Below, piece after piece: positions 46,468 through 57,343 of a stretch of DNA of 64,000 nucleotides. The notes beneath the pieces were generated by a model. It made no database searches and was not told the DNA's origin. It was given only the letters and a program-made list of their open reading frames with translations. A program made the position numbers and the translations under genes. Origin of the DNA: Thermoanaerobaculia bacterium (lineage in GTDB: Bacteria; Acidobacteriota; Thermoanaerobaculia; Multivoradales; Multivoraceae); NCBI GenBank assembly GCA_963664405.1, contig OY761158.1, forward strand, positions 2,208,001 through 2,272,000, in the 5' to 3' direction. Position 1 is the first letter of the stretch; every line of letters begins with the position of its first letter.

Positions 46468-49400
46468 CGAAACGCCTGGGTCCGGCCTACCGATAGCGGG
46501 AGGTTGCGCGCCGAGTTGATCCATTCATCTTCGAGACCGGTCGTCGTCTGGGTAGTAGTGATCCGAGTGGCGGCGTTGGTGAGCCCGCCGTAGAAGACCC
46601 AATAGAAGTGAAGAGGATGTCCGGGCGGGAAACCGCAGCCATCGACCATCTTGACTCCGACCTCGAAGTTGCCGACATTGAAGGACTCGAAAAAAACCGC
46701 CTGGGTGGACTCTGCCCGTCCTGAGGGGAAGCTCATCACCCGGGTCGGGAAGATCTCCGGGGGATCGGCGAAGCTCGTCATCTCGCCTTCGACTCTGAAG
46801 CGGCCGCCGATGAGGCAGGCGGTCTCCTCCCCGCCGACGCAAGCCTCGACCGGTGCCCCGGCGATACAGGGGAAGGCCGCGGTGTCACCAAGGGTCTGGG
46901 GAAAGGAGCGGGCGGGATTGGACCAGGAGTAGACCTGGCCGGTGACAGTGTCGGTGATGCGCATCTCGGTGGCGGCGTTGGTGAGGCCGCCGAAGAAGGC
47001 CCAGTAGTTGTGGAGGGAGTGGCCTTCGGGGAAGCCGCAGCCGTTGACCATCTTGACTCCGACCTCGAAATTGCCGGCGTCGAAAGACTCGAAGAAGACG
47101 GCCTGGTCGGACTCGGCACGGCTACCTGGGAAGCTCATCACCCGGGTCGTGAAGTCCACCGGCGGGTTGGCGAAGTTCTGCATCGAGCCCTCGACCTTGA
47201 ACAAGCCGTCGAAGAGGCAGGCGGTCTCGGGGCCGGGGACGCAGGTTGTAGGGATGAACTGCTTGACGGGATCCAGGTTGAAGAGGTCCGGGCCGTGCAG
47301 GGTCAGGACACGAGCCGCGTAGCCGTCGAGCGCCCCGCCGGCGACCCTACCGAAGAGGCTTATGGTGATCACGTCGACGAGGTCGTTGTCCAGCATGGTG
47401 AAGACCTGGTTGTAGTGGAACGGAGAGTAGGAGATATGGGCTGCTCCGTTTTGGATCGCCAGCTCTTTCTCGTCGAGACGGAACCCCGGCATCATCACCG
47501 TGGCCCGTGCCTCTTGCAGGGGCGAGCCTCCTGGACCTTTGACCGTCGCCTCGAACGGAAGCTGCTCGGGTCTGACCACGGTGTGCTCGGGCTGGTCGCT
47601 CGACAGTAGTGGGCTATCCGGCGTCACGACGTAGACCACGAAGCTGCCATCGGCCGCACCCAGCACGGAGCCGGTCGGGAAGGGTTCGGTCACCAGGCCG
47701 GCAGAGGTGGTGCTGTCGAAGAGCACCTGCAGATCGACGAGATAAGGCCCGGGCTCTTCGACCACGAAGTCATCGCTCGGATCGTAGTAGTAGCCGACGC
47801 GATTCGCCTGCCCCGTGAAAGCTCTGGGCGGGCCGGTCGGCGGAGCTACGGTGTAGCTCAGCTTGGCCGGTAGTGGCGGTCCGATGGCGCCGGCGAGGGA
47901 AAAGACGTCTCCCACCTCGAGAACGCTCCCTGGCCGCACGCCGGTGAGATAGATGAAGAGATCGATCTCCTGCCCTCCCAGGGTCATGATCGGACCGCCG
48001 CTGGGACCGCCGCCGTTGCCCTGAAAAGGCGGGAAAGTGCGAGAGCCGCCTACGGCATCGCCTCCCTCGGGAATCTCGATAAAGAGCGAGCCGTAAATGG
48101 CGTACTGCGGCCCGTCCACTGCCGGTCCGCGCATCACCAGGCCGCCATACTGGAACTTGATCTCGTTGACCCGGTCGCCGCCGGGCCCGACACCGATCTG
48201 ATCGCCGTACTGCTCCTCGAAGCGCCAGTACAAGTCCTTGACTTCCTCGGTGATCTCTTCGCGCACGCGCACCAGGGGACGCTGCACCGACTTGTAGCTG
48301 TACGACCAGAGATCGACTTTCGAAACGTCGAAATGCACGTCGAGCTGTTCTGGGTGTCCCGACTTGAGAAGTGTGGCTCCGACGGCGATTCGCTCTTCCA
48401 AGGTCCCCGGCCCGGGGCATGCGGCATGCTTCTGTTGAGGTCGTTCGAGAACCGCTCGCGGATAAGATCCGCGTACTTTCCACCGGGATCCTGAAAGGTG
48501 ATCTGCGGCAGCACCGAGTCCCCCCGTTCCATCCACAGGACGTCTCCCGAGTGGAAGGGGAAGGGGAAGTGGTTGCCCGTCTCCAGGCCCAAATCCGAGC
48601 GAAAAAACCACTGTTGGCCGATCTCGGGAGAGTCGTCGATACCGCGTCTGCCGTGGGCGATGAGCTTCGGCTGTTGCGGCGCCACCACACCGCCCCAGGT
48701 CCTCGACGTCATCCACAGGTCGCCCGAGGAGTCCTTGTATCGGGCCGTGACATCGACTCGATACTCCCCGGCCTGATCCAGCGGGATTCCGCCCTCTTGC
48801 GGGAAAAAGTAGCCGAAACGATTGGCGGAGCCCACGATCGTCTTCTCGACCATTCGCATCGGATCGGAATCGGGCGCCAGCCGGTAGCGCAGCTCGACGA
48901 CGGCCGGCACGGCAGGACTCACCCTCAGCCCGCGGTGCAACACGTCGCCGACCTCGAAAACGGCACCAGGTAGAACGGCTGTCTCGATGGCGAGCGGGTT
49001 CGCCACCCAGACCTCGTAGGTTCCCCCCCCTGACCACTTGTTGCCCTGTGTGTCCTCGATCTCTCCTTGGAGGAAGATCTGGTGCAGGCCGTCCTCTTCG
49101 AACTCGATCTCGAAGCCGGAGTCTCCGGTGGAGATCTCGTAGATATCGGTCATCGAGGCCCCCCAACGGACAGCCAAAACCCTTCCTCGACCTTGGCCGG
49201 CGAGATCGACCGCGACTGGACGAAGGGAGAGGGTCCGGCGCCACGTTGGCTGCCGTCAGGCGCCTCGACTCGGAGAGTCAGAAAGCCGGAAGGGAAGCGG
49301 AACGGAACCAGCGGCGGTGTTGGCAGCTGGCGCTCGCCATGGCTGATGGTCGGCAGGAATGGCTCGATGCGGTAGGCACGGGGGCTCCCCGTTCTCGGGT

Positions 49401-50790
49401 TCAGACGCGGCACGACGAAGGTGTCGGTCTCGGTGGCGATGCGACTCGCCAGGCCGAAGGAGTCGCGATCCTCGACAGACGTCAGGCCTCGGGTGCCGTT
49501 GGTAAAATGGTTCGCGAGGATCATCCAGGACAGTCGCGGCGGTGCAGGCTCCCCGACGCGCAGGATCGGCAGGTGATCAGAGTGGCGATCCCGATTGGTG
49601 GACAGAACACCCACGTAGGGAGCCGTGTCGATGCCCGAAAGGAAGAGAGAGAGGGTCGGGCGGTAGATGCCGGGGCTGGCCTGCGCCGGGATCGTGATCT
49701 CCAGATCGAGCTCGCCCTCCCATCGATTCCCTGTCCGTTCGACCGCGATCTCGAACCGGCTCTCGAAGCCGCCGTACTGGTCGGTGCTCTCTATGAGGTG
49801 ACCTCGCTCTACCGGAAAGCCGGTCGGCGTAGTGGTGGTCGAGAAGAACTTCGCGTTCGCGGACACCTCGCGCCCGCTCTCGTCCGTCAACCGCTGGGTC
49901 CTCACCCAACCTCCCAAAGAGAGGCTCGGGGCGTTCGAGTCGGCGAGCCGGTAGAGACGGAGTTGCGCGAGCACATGGATCGTCTGGCCGGGACCGAGCT
50001 CGACCCGATCCAGGCTACCGCTGAGGAGCCAGGCTCCGCCGCTCTCAATGCCGCCCCGCGCGACGAAGTCGAGACCGGTCCCGCCGGTCTCCTCGGGTAC
50101 TCGGACGATGGGCGCCGGCAGGGTGTTGATGAAGGAGATGTCGGTGACGCCGGAGCTCTTCGCACCGTGCTCGAGCCGGAACGCACTCCTCCCCAGGGGG
50201 TCCGACTTCACGACCAGGTGGGTACCCGGCAGCCCGAAGATCTCGGTCTCGAAGGAGCCGTCCGCCAAGGCTTCGACCATCACCATATCGGTCGTATGGA
50301 GACTTCCCAGGATCACGAAGGCGCCAGAAGAGACCGCGCCGGGTTGCCCGGTGACGGTGGCGAGGCCAGCCTCGTCCGGAGGCGAAGCTGAGATCAGGTC
50401 GGCGCGAGGGGGTCGATCGGCAACGTAGGTACCCGGCCCGGCACGAACCACCAGCGCGACGCCCGAGACACTCCCACTCGTTGCGTCTACCCGCAGCCGA
50501 GATGGGTCGTACGGCGCCTTGGGCCACGCGGAAACCACGTAGCGACCGGCTGGTACTGCTACCTCGAAGAAGCCATCTCCGTCAGTGAAGGTCCTAGGGC
50601 CCTGTGGAATCCCGACTCCCTCCCCGATGATGTCGACCTCGACGAACGGGAGCAGGTCGCCCGATTCGGTCCGCACGGTGCCCGAGATCGTGGCCTGCGC
50701 TATCACCGCCGGCGTGGGCAGGCAGATCGCAACGCCAAGCATCAGCCAAAGCGGGAGGGCTCGTGTCCTGTGTGGCAAACGGATGCTCAC
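46458..50790 (-). CDS. Paralogue of 42196-46467, split by two frameshifts (near 49160 and 48410)
   Basis: ORFs 49150-50790, 48134-49177 and the 3' part of 46458-49244 align in order with the neighbour (PPRADLI, TDIYEIST, SVQRPLVRVRE, RTFPPFQGNGGGPSGGPI). Confidence 0.8.
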
Positions 50791-50957
50791 AGGGCTCCAC
50801 AGGGGGAGTCCCTATGCTCTCGGTGGTGGCCTCGAGCGGCTTCGAGGCAGAGCGTCACTGCGCTCTGATGAGTCCGCTCCACAATTACGACGGTGATGTG
50901 GGAGATTATATCGCCGGACGCAACGTCCCGACTCGACCGTCGAACCTCAGACGGGTC

Positions 50958-53099
50958 CTAGGGACAGGTTGAGAACGCAGCGGTGTCCTGAACGGGATCG
51001 AAAGGACTCTTCTGGGGATTGCGATAGACGCGGATATCGCCCGTCGAGGTATCGATCACGATGAGCTCGACCTCGACGTCGGTAAGACCGGCGGCAAAGA
51101 CCCAGTAGCGGCCGTTGACGCCGCAACCGTCAAGGACCTTGACCACTACCTCGATGTTCTCGGGCGCGAAGAACCAAAAAGTCCCGGTATCCTCGGTGAG
51201 CTCCGATGCCTGACCCGCGCCACTGTCGCCCTCGACCGTCGCCCAGGAGGCTTCGACTCGGAAGCGATCGTCGTTCAAACACAGGGTCGTGGCGTCTTCT
51301 TCGCAACTCGTCGCGCCGCGTGGCAGGGAGCGCAGGAAGTCGACGAGGTCGGCGAGCTCGGCACCAGTGAGGTGAGAGGTAACGCCATGGCGATCCTCGG
51401 GATTCTTGGCGCCTGGAACGTCGAGCAGGCTGCCGGCACTCCCATCGTGCAAATAGGGTGCGGTGCCGTGGACACCGCGCAGGCTCGGGGTGTCGAAAAA
51501 CGAGCCCTTGGTCTCTTTGGGACTCGAAGCGGTGCCGACATCGTGCCTCTGACGATCGGTGTAGAGAGGTGGTGGATGGCACTCGGCGCAGCCTACGGCG
51601 GGATCGCCGAATAGAACCTGTCCCCTGGTTGCGCCCTCGCCGAGCTCGCCGGTATCCAGGAGGAAGGGACTGGGTCGCGTGACGAGGAACTCCATGTATG
51701 CAGCGAGGTCATCGAGATCCCGACTCCGGCCGGCGTTGGGCGGGCCTTGATCGCACGCTGGGTCACAGCCGTCGGGACCTGGCACGAGGCCAGTCCCCGC
51801 CTGGATGTTGCGCACCGTCGACTCGACATCGTGGAGCTCGTCGAGATCTCCCGACCAATGAACCGGCCGAGTGTCGCGAACGCCGAGCAAGCTCGGCGTG
51901 TTGCGGGGCCCGTCGGTGAAAAACCAGGTGCGGCCATCCATCTCGGCATCGGGGTGACACACCTCGCACGAGATCCACTGATCTTTCGCAAGATCGCTAC
52001 GGTCGGAGCTGTTGAAGAGGATCTTGCCGGCCAGAACGGCAGGATCGAGGGGGATGTCGGTGACCACGATCTCGTCGATAACCACGTCGAGAGACGTGTC
52101 GACGACCGAGACCGAGCCGCCCAGCGTGTTGTTGACCCAGAGCGTCGCTTCGTCGGGCGACAGAGCAAGGCCGCGCGGATTGTCGCCGACCTCGATGTGG
52201 GCGACGCCGGTCCCGGTGGCGAGATCAACCACCGAAATGTCGTTGGACCCGGCGGCGAGGACGTAGAGCTTGCCGCTCGAAGTCAGGGCAACGTCGATCG
52301 GCATGTTGACCGGCTCGTCGGCGATGTCGAGAGCCAGGCGCTCCCTCAGAAGGTTCTGGCTCGTCGCCAGGTCGAGGACCGAGACGATGGGAAAGACCGT
52401 GGTGTCAAAGAGGAGGGCTTCGTTGGTGACGTTGGAACGGGTCTGGGGCAGGTACGCCCTGCCTGCCCCAGGGTCGAACAAGACACTCTGCGAGAGGTTG
52501 GTGTCGAGGCCGGTGGAGATTGTGCTCTCCACCTCCTCGATATCGACGTCGAGGACTGAGATCCGGCCGCTCAGGAAGTGGGTCACCCAGAGCCTTCCGT
52601 CCGGCGCCAAGGCGAGACCCCGAGGGCGATCCTCGGTCGGAACCACAGCGAGTAGGGAGCCGGTCGCGGAGTCGAGGGCCCGAACTTCGTCAACACCCTC
52701 GGCCGCGATCCACACTCGCCCGGTGCTTCCCACCACCACGCCGAAGGGCTGGTGTCCGACCGGGAAGGTGCCGTCGACTCGTCGCCCAGCCAGCTCGATC
52801 CGCGACACTGTGCCGTCGTCCCGGTTACTCACCCAGGCGAAGACACCGGCGGCATCCACGGCAACGACGCGAGGGTCCCGACCAACCTCGATCTCCGTCA
52901 GCAGCGCGCGGGCAGCGACATCGACCAAGGAGACCGAGCTCGAGTCGGAGTTCGCCACCACGACAGTCTCGCCATCGGGAGTCAAAGCGATGGCGCCGCC
53001 ACTCCGACTTCGAACGTCGGGGCTCGCGAGACAGAGCGTAGCGAACGCCGCGAGTGTGATCCGTACCACGCCGAGCCCGGCGCGACGGTGAGATCTCAT
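50958..53099 (-). CDS. YVTN-type beta-propeller + di-heme cytochrome c (CCP/MauG-like) + Cys-bounded C-terminal module
   Basis: Signal peptide; VGRDP/VGDNPRGLAL repeats; CEVCH and CAECH; RNTPSL, TPSLRG..APYLHDGS; LCLNDDRFRV...VKVLDGC...DTAAFSTCP. Confidence 0.88.
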   Translation of the reverse strand: MRSHRRAGLGVVRITLAAFATLCLASPDVRSRSGGAIALTPDGETVVVANSDSSSVSLVDVAARALLTEIEVGRDPRVVAVDAAGVFAWVSNRDDGTVSRIELAGRRVDGTFPVGHQPFGVVVGSTGRVWIAAEGVDEVRALDSATGSLLAVVPTEDRPRGLALAPDGRLWVTHFLSGRISVLDVDIEEVESTISTGLDTNLSQSVLFDPGAGRAYLPQTRSNVTNEALLFDTTVFPIVSVLDLATSQNLLRERLALDIADEPVNMPIDVALTSSGKLYVLAAGSNDISVVDLATGTGVAHIEVGDNPRGLALSPDEATLWVNNTLGGSVSVVDTSLDVVIDEIVVTDIPLDPAVLAGKILFNSSDRSDLAKDQWISCEVCHPDAEMDGRTWFFTDGPRNTPSLLGVRDTRPVHWSGDLDELHDVESTVRNIQAGTGLVPGPDGCDPACDQGPPNAGRSRDLDDLAAYMEFLVTRPSPFLLDTGELGEGATRGQVLFGDPAVGCAECHPPPLYTDRQRHDVGTASSPKETKGSFFDTPSLRGVHGTAPYLHDGSAGSLLDVPGAKNPEDRHGVTSHLTGAELADLVDFLRSLPRGATSCEEDATTLCLNDDRFRVEASWATVEGDSGAGQASELTEDTGTFWFFAPENIEVVVKVLDGCGVNGRYWVFAAGLTDVEVELIVIDTSTGDIRVYRNPQKSPFDPVQDTAAFSTCP

Positions 53100-53190
53100 T
53101 GGCTCCTATTGTAGCGGCGCACCTCAGAAAAGCGCCGCTGGCGAATCTGAGATGGCCGCTGGCCAGCTTCGCGGTAGGCTGTAGCTTCCG

Positions 53191-54840
53191 ATGATCAATC
53201 TCCGAGGATGTGCCGTTCCGCTCTTTGTGGCATCCAGCCTGGCTGCAACGAGCGCCCGAGGACAGGAGATCGACCTCCCGGGAGTCTTCTCCGAGATCAT
53301 CGACGTACGGGTGGTCAATGTGGAGGTCGTGGTCACCGACAAGGACGGAATCCGCATTCACGGGCTTGGGCCCGACGACTTTCGACTCCTCGTCGACGGC
53401 CGGGACCAGTCGATCGACTACTTCACAGAGATCCTTGGAGGTGAGATCGCCGAACCCGAGGACGGTGTCCGCACCCTGCAAGCAGCGCCGGCTCTCGAGC
53501 CGGAAGGCCCGAGCACGAGCTATCTCGTCTTCATCGATGACTACTTTTCGATCGCCCGAGATCGCAACCGGGTTCTAGACGCCTTCAGCGAGGATCTGGA
53601 GTTCCTCGGACCACGAGATCGCATGGCAGTGGTCGCCTTCGACGGCAAGCGCCTCGACATGATCACCAGCTGGACCACAAACCATCGCGTCGTTCAAACC
53701 GCCCTACGACAGGCAACGACGAGGAAGACATTCGGGCTGCAGAGACTTGGAGAGAGGCGGCAGAGCGATTTCGACCGTGCGGACTTCGCCCGCTTCGGAC
53801 GCGGTAGATCGTCCGGTCTGAACCCGATGGAACGCTACTACGCCACCAGGCTGGCAACGCAGGTGGAGCGCGCCATCAACGCCGCCATCGCCACTCTGCG
53901 CAGCTTCGCCTCTCCACCCGGGCGAAAAGTGATGCTGCTCTTGAGCGGCGGCTGGCCGGTCTCTCCGGCGGAGTACGCGGCGGCCTCGCCGGGCGGCAGT
54001 TTCGACGCCGCCTTCAGGGCCGCCCAGGAACAGGGCATCCCCGCCTATCACCGTCTGTTGAGCCCGCTAACCGACACCGCCAATCTGCTCGGCTACACGG
54101 TCTACCCTATCGACGTTCCCGGTATGACCGCGACGATCGACGTCAGTGCGTCACGGCGGGCGCCTACCATCGGCGGAGGCATCTCCTCCGATCGCGAATA
54201 CGGCATCCACGACACCCTCAGGATCATCGCCGAACAGACCGGCGGCCGACCGCTGATCAATGCTCAGCGGATCCACGCCATTGAGACGGTCGCTGACGAT
54301 CTCCGCTCGTACTACTGGCTCGGCTTCAGCCTCGACCGGCAGGCCAACGACAGCCGCCACACAGTCGAGGTCGAAGTGCTGCGACCCGGCCTCAGAACCC
54401 GCTCGCGCGGGGGCTTCGTCGATCTCTCCCGCAGCAGTGAAGTAACGATGATGGTCGAGAGCTCACTGCTCTTCGGTAATCCGCCATCGAACCGCCCCCT
54501 CGAGATCCGTTTCGGCAACGCGAAGAAGGTGAAAAGAGGCATCGTCGAAGTCCCCATCGAGGTCGGTTTCCCACTCGATGAGGTCACGATGCTTCCCTTC
54601 GACGGCGGTTTCGCCGGTCAGGCCGAGGTCCGTGTAACAGTGATGGATAAGGACGGCAACCGCTCCGATACGTCGGTTCACGGCATCGACATTCGAGGCG
54701 ACCACGCGCCGGAGCCCGGCGAGATGTTCTGGTGGGAGTCTGGCCTTCTACTGCGACGCCGCAAGCACGAGATCGTAGTCGCTGTCCACGACCCGCTGAG
54801 CGGCATCATCTTTTCCAGCACGGTGGAGATCACGCCTTAG
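53191..54840 (+). CDS. VWA-domain protein (Acidobacterial VWFA-related type)
   Basis: IDVRVVNVEVVVTDKDG, PGRKVMLLLSGG, AEQTGG, SYYWLGF. Confidence 0.85.
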   Translation: MINLRGCAVPLFVASSLAATSARGQEIDLPGVFSEIIDVRVVNVEVVVTDKDGIRIHGLGPDDFRLLVDGRDQSIDYFTEILGGEIAEPEDGVRTLQAAPALEPEGPSTSYLVFIDDYFSIARDRNRVLDAFSEDLEFLGPRDRMAVVAFDGKRLDMITSWTTNHRVVQTALRQATTRKTFGLQRLGERRQSDFDRADFARFGRGRSSGLNPMERYYATRLATQVERAINAAIATLRSFASPPGRKVMLLLSGGWPVSPAEYAAASPGGSFDAAFRAAQEQGIPAYHRLLSPLTDTANLLGYTVYPIDVPGMTATIDVSASRRAPTIGGGISSDREYGIHDTLRIIAEQTGGRPLINAQRIHAIETVADDLRSYYWLGFSLDRQANDSRHTVEVEVLRPGLRTRSRGGFVDLSRSSEVTMMVESSLLFGNPPSNRPLEIRFGNAKKVKRGIVEVPIEVGFPLDEVTMLPFDGGFAGQAEVRVTVMDKDGNRSDTSVHGIDIRGDHAPEPGEMFWWESGLLLRRRKHEIVVAVHDPLSGIIFSSTVEITP

Positions 54841-54926
54841 GCTCCAGAAATGATTGGTATCATTTCCTACGCCTAATTGCTCACGGCGCCGAGGACGGCG
54901 CACTCAGGCGTTGCTTCCTATTCGCT
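54837..54926 (+). repeat. Repeat family C copy 4, interrupted by IS110 (continues 56626-56644)
   Basis: tTAGgctccagaaatgat...atcatttcctacgcctaa, ggcgccgaggacggcgcac, cttcctattcgCT|IS|tcggg. Confidence 0.85.
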
Positions 54927-55029
54927 GATATGGAACGACCTTTGTCAAGCACCCAACGCCGCCTTTCTTGTCTTCTTGTAGACGGTGGAGGGCGCGGGGG
55001 AAGCGAGTGGGCGATGGGCGTGGACCCAA

Positions 55030-55200
55030 GAGGTCGCTTCGACGACGAGTCACGCTGATATCCGCGGATTACCCTTCCGGGCAGAGCCGAATGACCGTGT
55101 TCCGTCGTGAGGTCGTGCACTCTTCGTTCGCGAATCCGGGAAAGGACTCCCTGTCGCATAGCGAAAGCGCGAATCCTCGGATCGTGCCTCCCGGGGTCCA
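55030..55200 (-). ncRNA. Candidate bridge/seekRNA (boundaries approximate)
   Basis: Lies 3' of the transposase; minus strand carries ttcgCT, cgaAG (target halves) and atatcAG (donor half) in that order. Confidence 0.6.
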
Positions 55201-55370
55201 GCCCATCCACCCACTCGAGTCTCTGTTGTTTACCTGCCTTCTTGCCCTTCGCGAGTCGCCCCGAGAGGTCGGTTCGGGGTCCAGGCTGTCGGAGCCATCC
55301 CGAAGGGACTTGGCCTGGAGGCCGAAGCGGCCTCTCGACAGAATTGACCAGGGCAAGAAGCGAATGCATG

Positions 55371-56497
55371 TTAGTTCGTGCCGGTGCCTTCCTGCTGTCG
55401 AGGGTAGAGGTAAAGAACATCCACAGGAAGCCGACGAGCTCGCGAGCTATCGCAACGACAGCCTTGGGAGCCGGCTTGTTGGAGCCCAGTACGAAATGGA
55501 GATAGCGACGATGCAACCGAAGCTGCGCCTTGTCTGCCACAGTACAGACCTTCTGGGGTTGACCCTCGCGTCGTTTGCGTAGAGCACGACCCACAGCGGG
55601 CCGGTGTCGGTAGTGCCACGCGGCTTCGATCAAGATGCGACGCGCGTGAGCGTTGCCGGCCTTGGTGATCGGTCCCCGGTGCGTGCGATCCGCGCTCTCG
55701 TCGACCCGAGAGACCAAACCCAAGTACGCCATCAGCTTGCGAGGATCCGGAAACCGATCAAAGCCGTGTAGCTCGGTCACAAGGATCATCGCACTCACCG
55801 TGTCGATCCCCCGAAAACAGCGCAGCCATCCGACCGGTTCCCGATACGGCTCCTCAACGGAGATCTCCTCGATGCGCGTTTCCAAGCCTCGCATGCGCTG
55901 TTCCAAGAGCTCGATGGCCGACAGGTAGTCGTCGAAGACCGTCTGGCTCGCCTCGTGCTCGAATTCAAGAGAGCGCAGCCAAACTCGATGCCGCCGGGTC
56001 CAGTTGTTTCCCGACCGATAGACGAAACCCCGCCGCAACAGCATCTTCACCAGACGTTGACGGGCACGACGAAGATCCTCTACCGCATCCTCGCGACAGC
56101 GGCACAGATCCCGCACCGACTCCTCGCTCTCGCTCGGCGGATGCACCACCGTCAGCTGCCCACCGCGCTCCAAAGTCGCCAGCTTCCGGGCATCGCGGCG
56201 ATCCGTCTTGATCCGGTCTCCTGGCTTCACGGGTATCAACGACGGAGCGATCACCTCCGCCCGCACGCCTTCGGAAGAGAACTGACGCTGCAGCACATAC
56301 CCACACGGACCTGCCTCGTACACCACTCGCAGCTCCCCCTCCCCTTCACGCTTCAGGCGACGAGCCAGACGACGCACCGCTCGAGGCTCGTTCTTACAGC
56401 TCCACTCCAAAGGCTTCTCCACACCCGGCAGCAGAACGGCGATAGAAATCTCCTTCTTGTGTACGTCCAAACCCACGTATGTTGTAGCCTCACTCAT
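55371..56497 (-). CDS. IS110-family DEDD recombinase/transposase (probable 1-nt frameshift near 55422)
   Basis: YVGLDVHK, VYEAGPCG, IKTDRRDA, AYLGLV..DESA, ITKAGN, AIARELVGFLW; alternative frame gives DVLYLYPRQQEGTGTN-stop at 55371. Confidence 0.92.
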
Positions 56498-56695
56498 GAC
56501 CGGTTTCTCCCTTCCTTGCGGCTCTGGCGCGATTGCGACAACCCGCGATATCAGGTGGCTCTGCCACCCGGGTGATTAGATTCCCCGATTGTAGGACTCG
56601 AGGAACCGGTCGTTCCATATTGTCTTCGGGCGTCGTTGTCCTAGGCTCTGGTGTCGGGCTGAGCGGGTTCCAACCTAACGGCCTCGAGGAGAAAG

Positions 56696-57343
56696 ATGAC
56701 GAATCAAGCTCGGAAGCTCGTATGGCTTCGACCCCTGGTTGTCCTCACTGCGCTATCTGTTACGACAGCGGCTACCGCCGAGGAAGCTGAGAAGAGCGGC
56801 GGCGCGGGCCGCACGCACGACGAAGTGGCCCTGAGCTTCGAGGGTTACCGAGTCGTTGAGCTCAGTCCAAGAATCGTCGCCCGACTGCAAACGCTCGACG
56901 GCGAGATTCTGGAAGGGGCACCGGATCCCTACGGCTATCCATTGACTCTCAGGCAGGGCACCGCCCCCTACGACAACAGCACCCACACTCTGCTCGGCAA
57001 CCCCAAGGACAAAGAGTACCCGCACCCGATGCATCTTCATCTGGGGGCCCACACCGAAGCGGGCAAAGGTCATATCGGCCAGTTCGACGACCTTCCCGAC
57101 GACATGTTGGAGCTGTGGGAAATGCCGATAGACACCTTCTTCGGGCCAGCAGCCGTCTGCAACTTCGCGTTCTTGAAGCCGGTCGAGGGCACCTCGGCGA
57201 AGGGGAAGTCCGGGCTGCTGGGACAGGCCATTCTGCCCGAGCACTTCGCGCACGTTCGAGAGGGCGACATCGTTCTCCCGCGGATCAGAAGTGGGAGTTT
57301 GCGAGCGAACCGTGGTGTTGGTACGCAGCCAAACTGGGAATGA
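56696..57343 (+). pseudogene. Secreted cyclase/kynurenine-formamidase-like protein, truncated near 57280
   Basis: Signal peptide, HLGAHTE, FFGPAAV, VREGDIVL then loss of family pattern. Confidence 0.6.

Larger units (their letters stand above)
54927..56625 (-). mobile_element. IS110-family (IS1111-type) element
   Basis: CT core at both junctions (54925-54926, 56624-56625); perfect 13-bp subterminal IRs atatggaacgacc (54928-54940) / ggtcgttccatat (56608-56620); long 3' non-coding region. Confidence 0.92.

Noticed and set aside
42196-47240. Diversity-generating retroelement template/variable repeats
   Set aside because: No reverse transcriptase in the window; both copies are coding and differences do not look adenine-specific
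54881-55370. ~165-aa C-terminal extension of the IS110 transposase
   Set aside because: Runs through the non-coding region and past the IS end; one extra G at GFLW gives a normal stop at 55371
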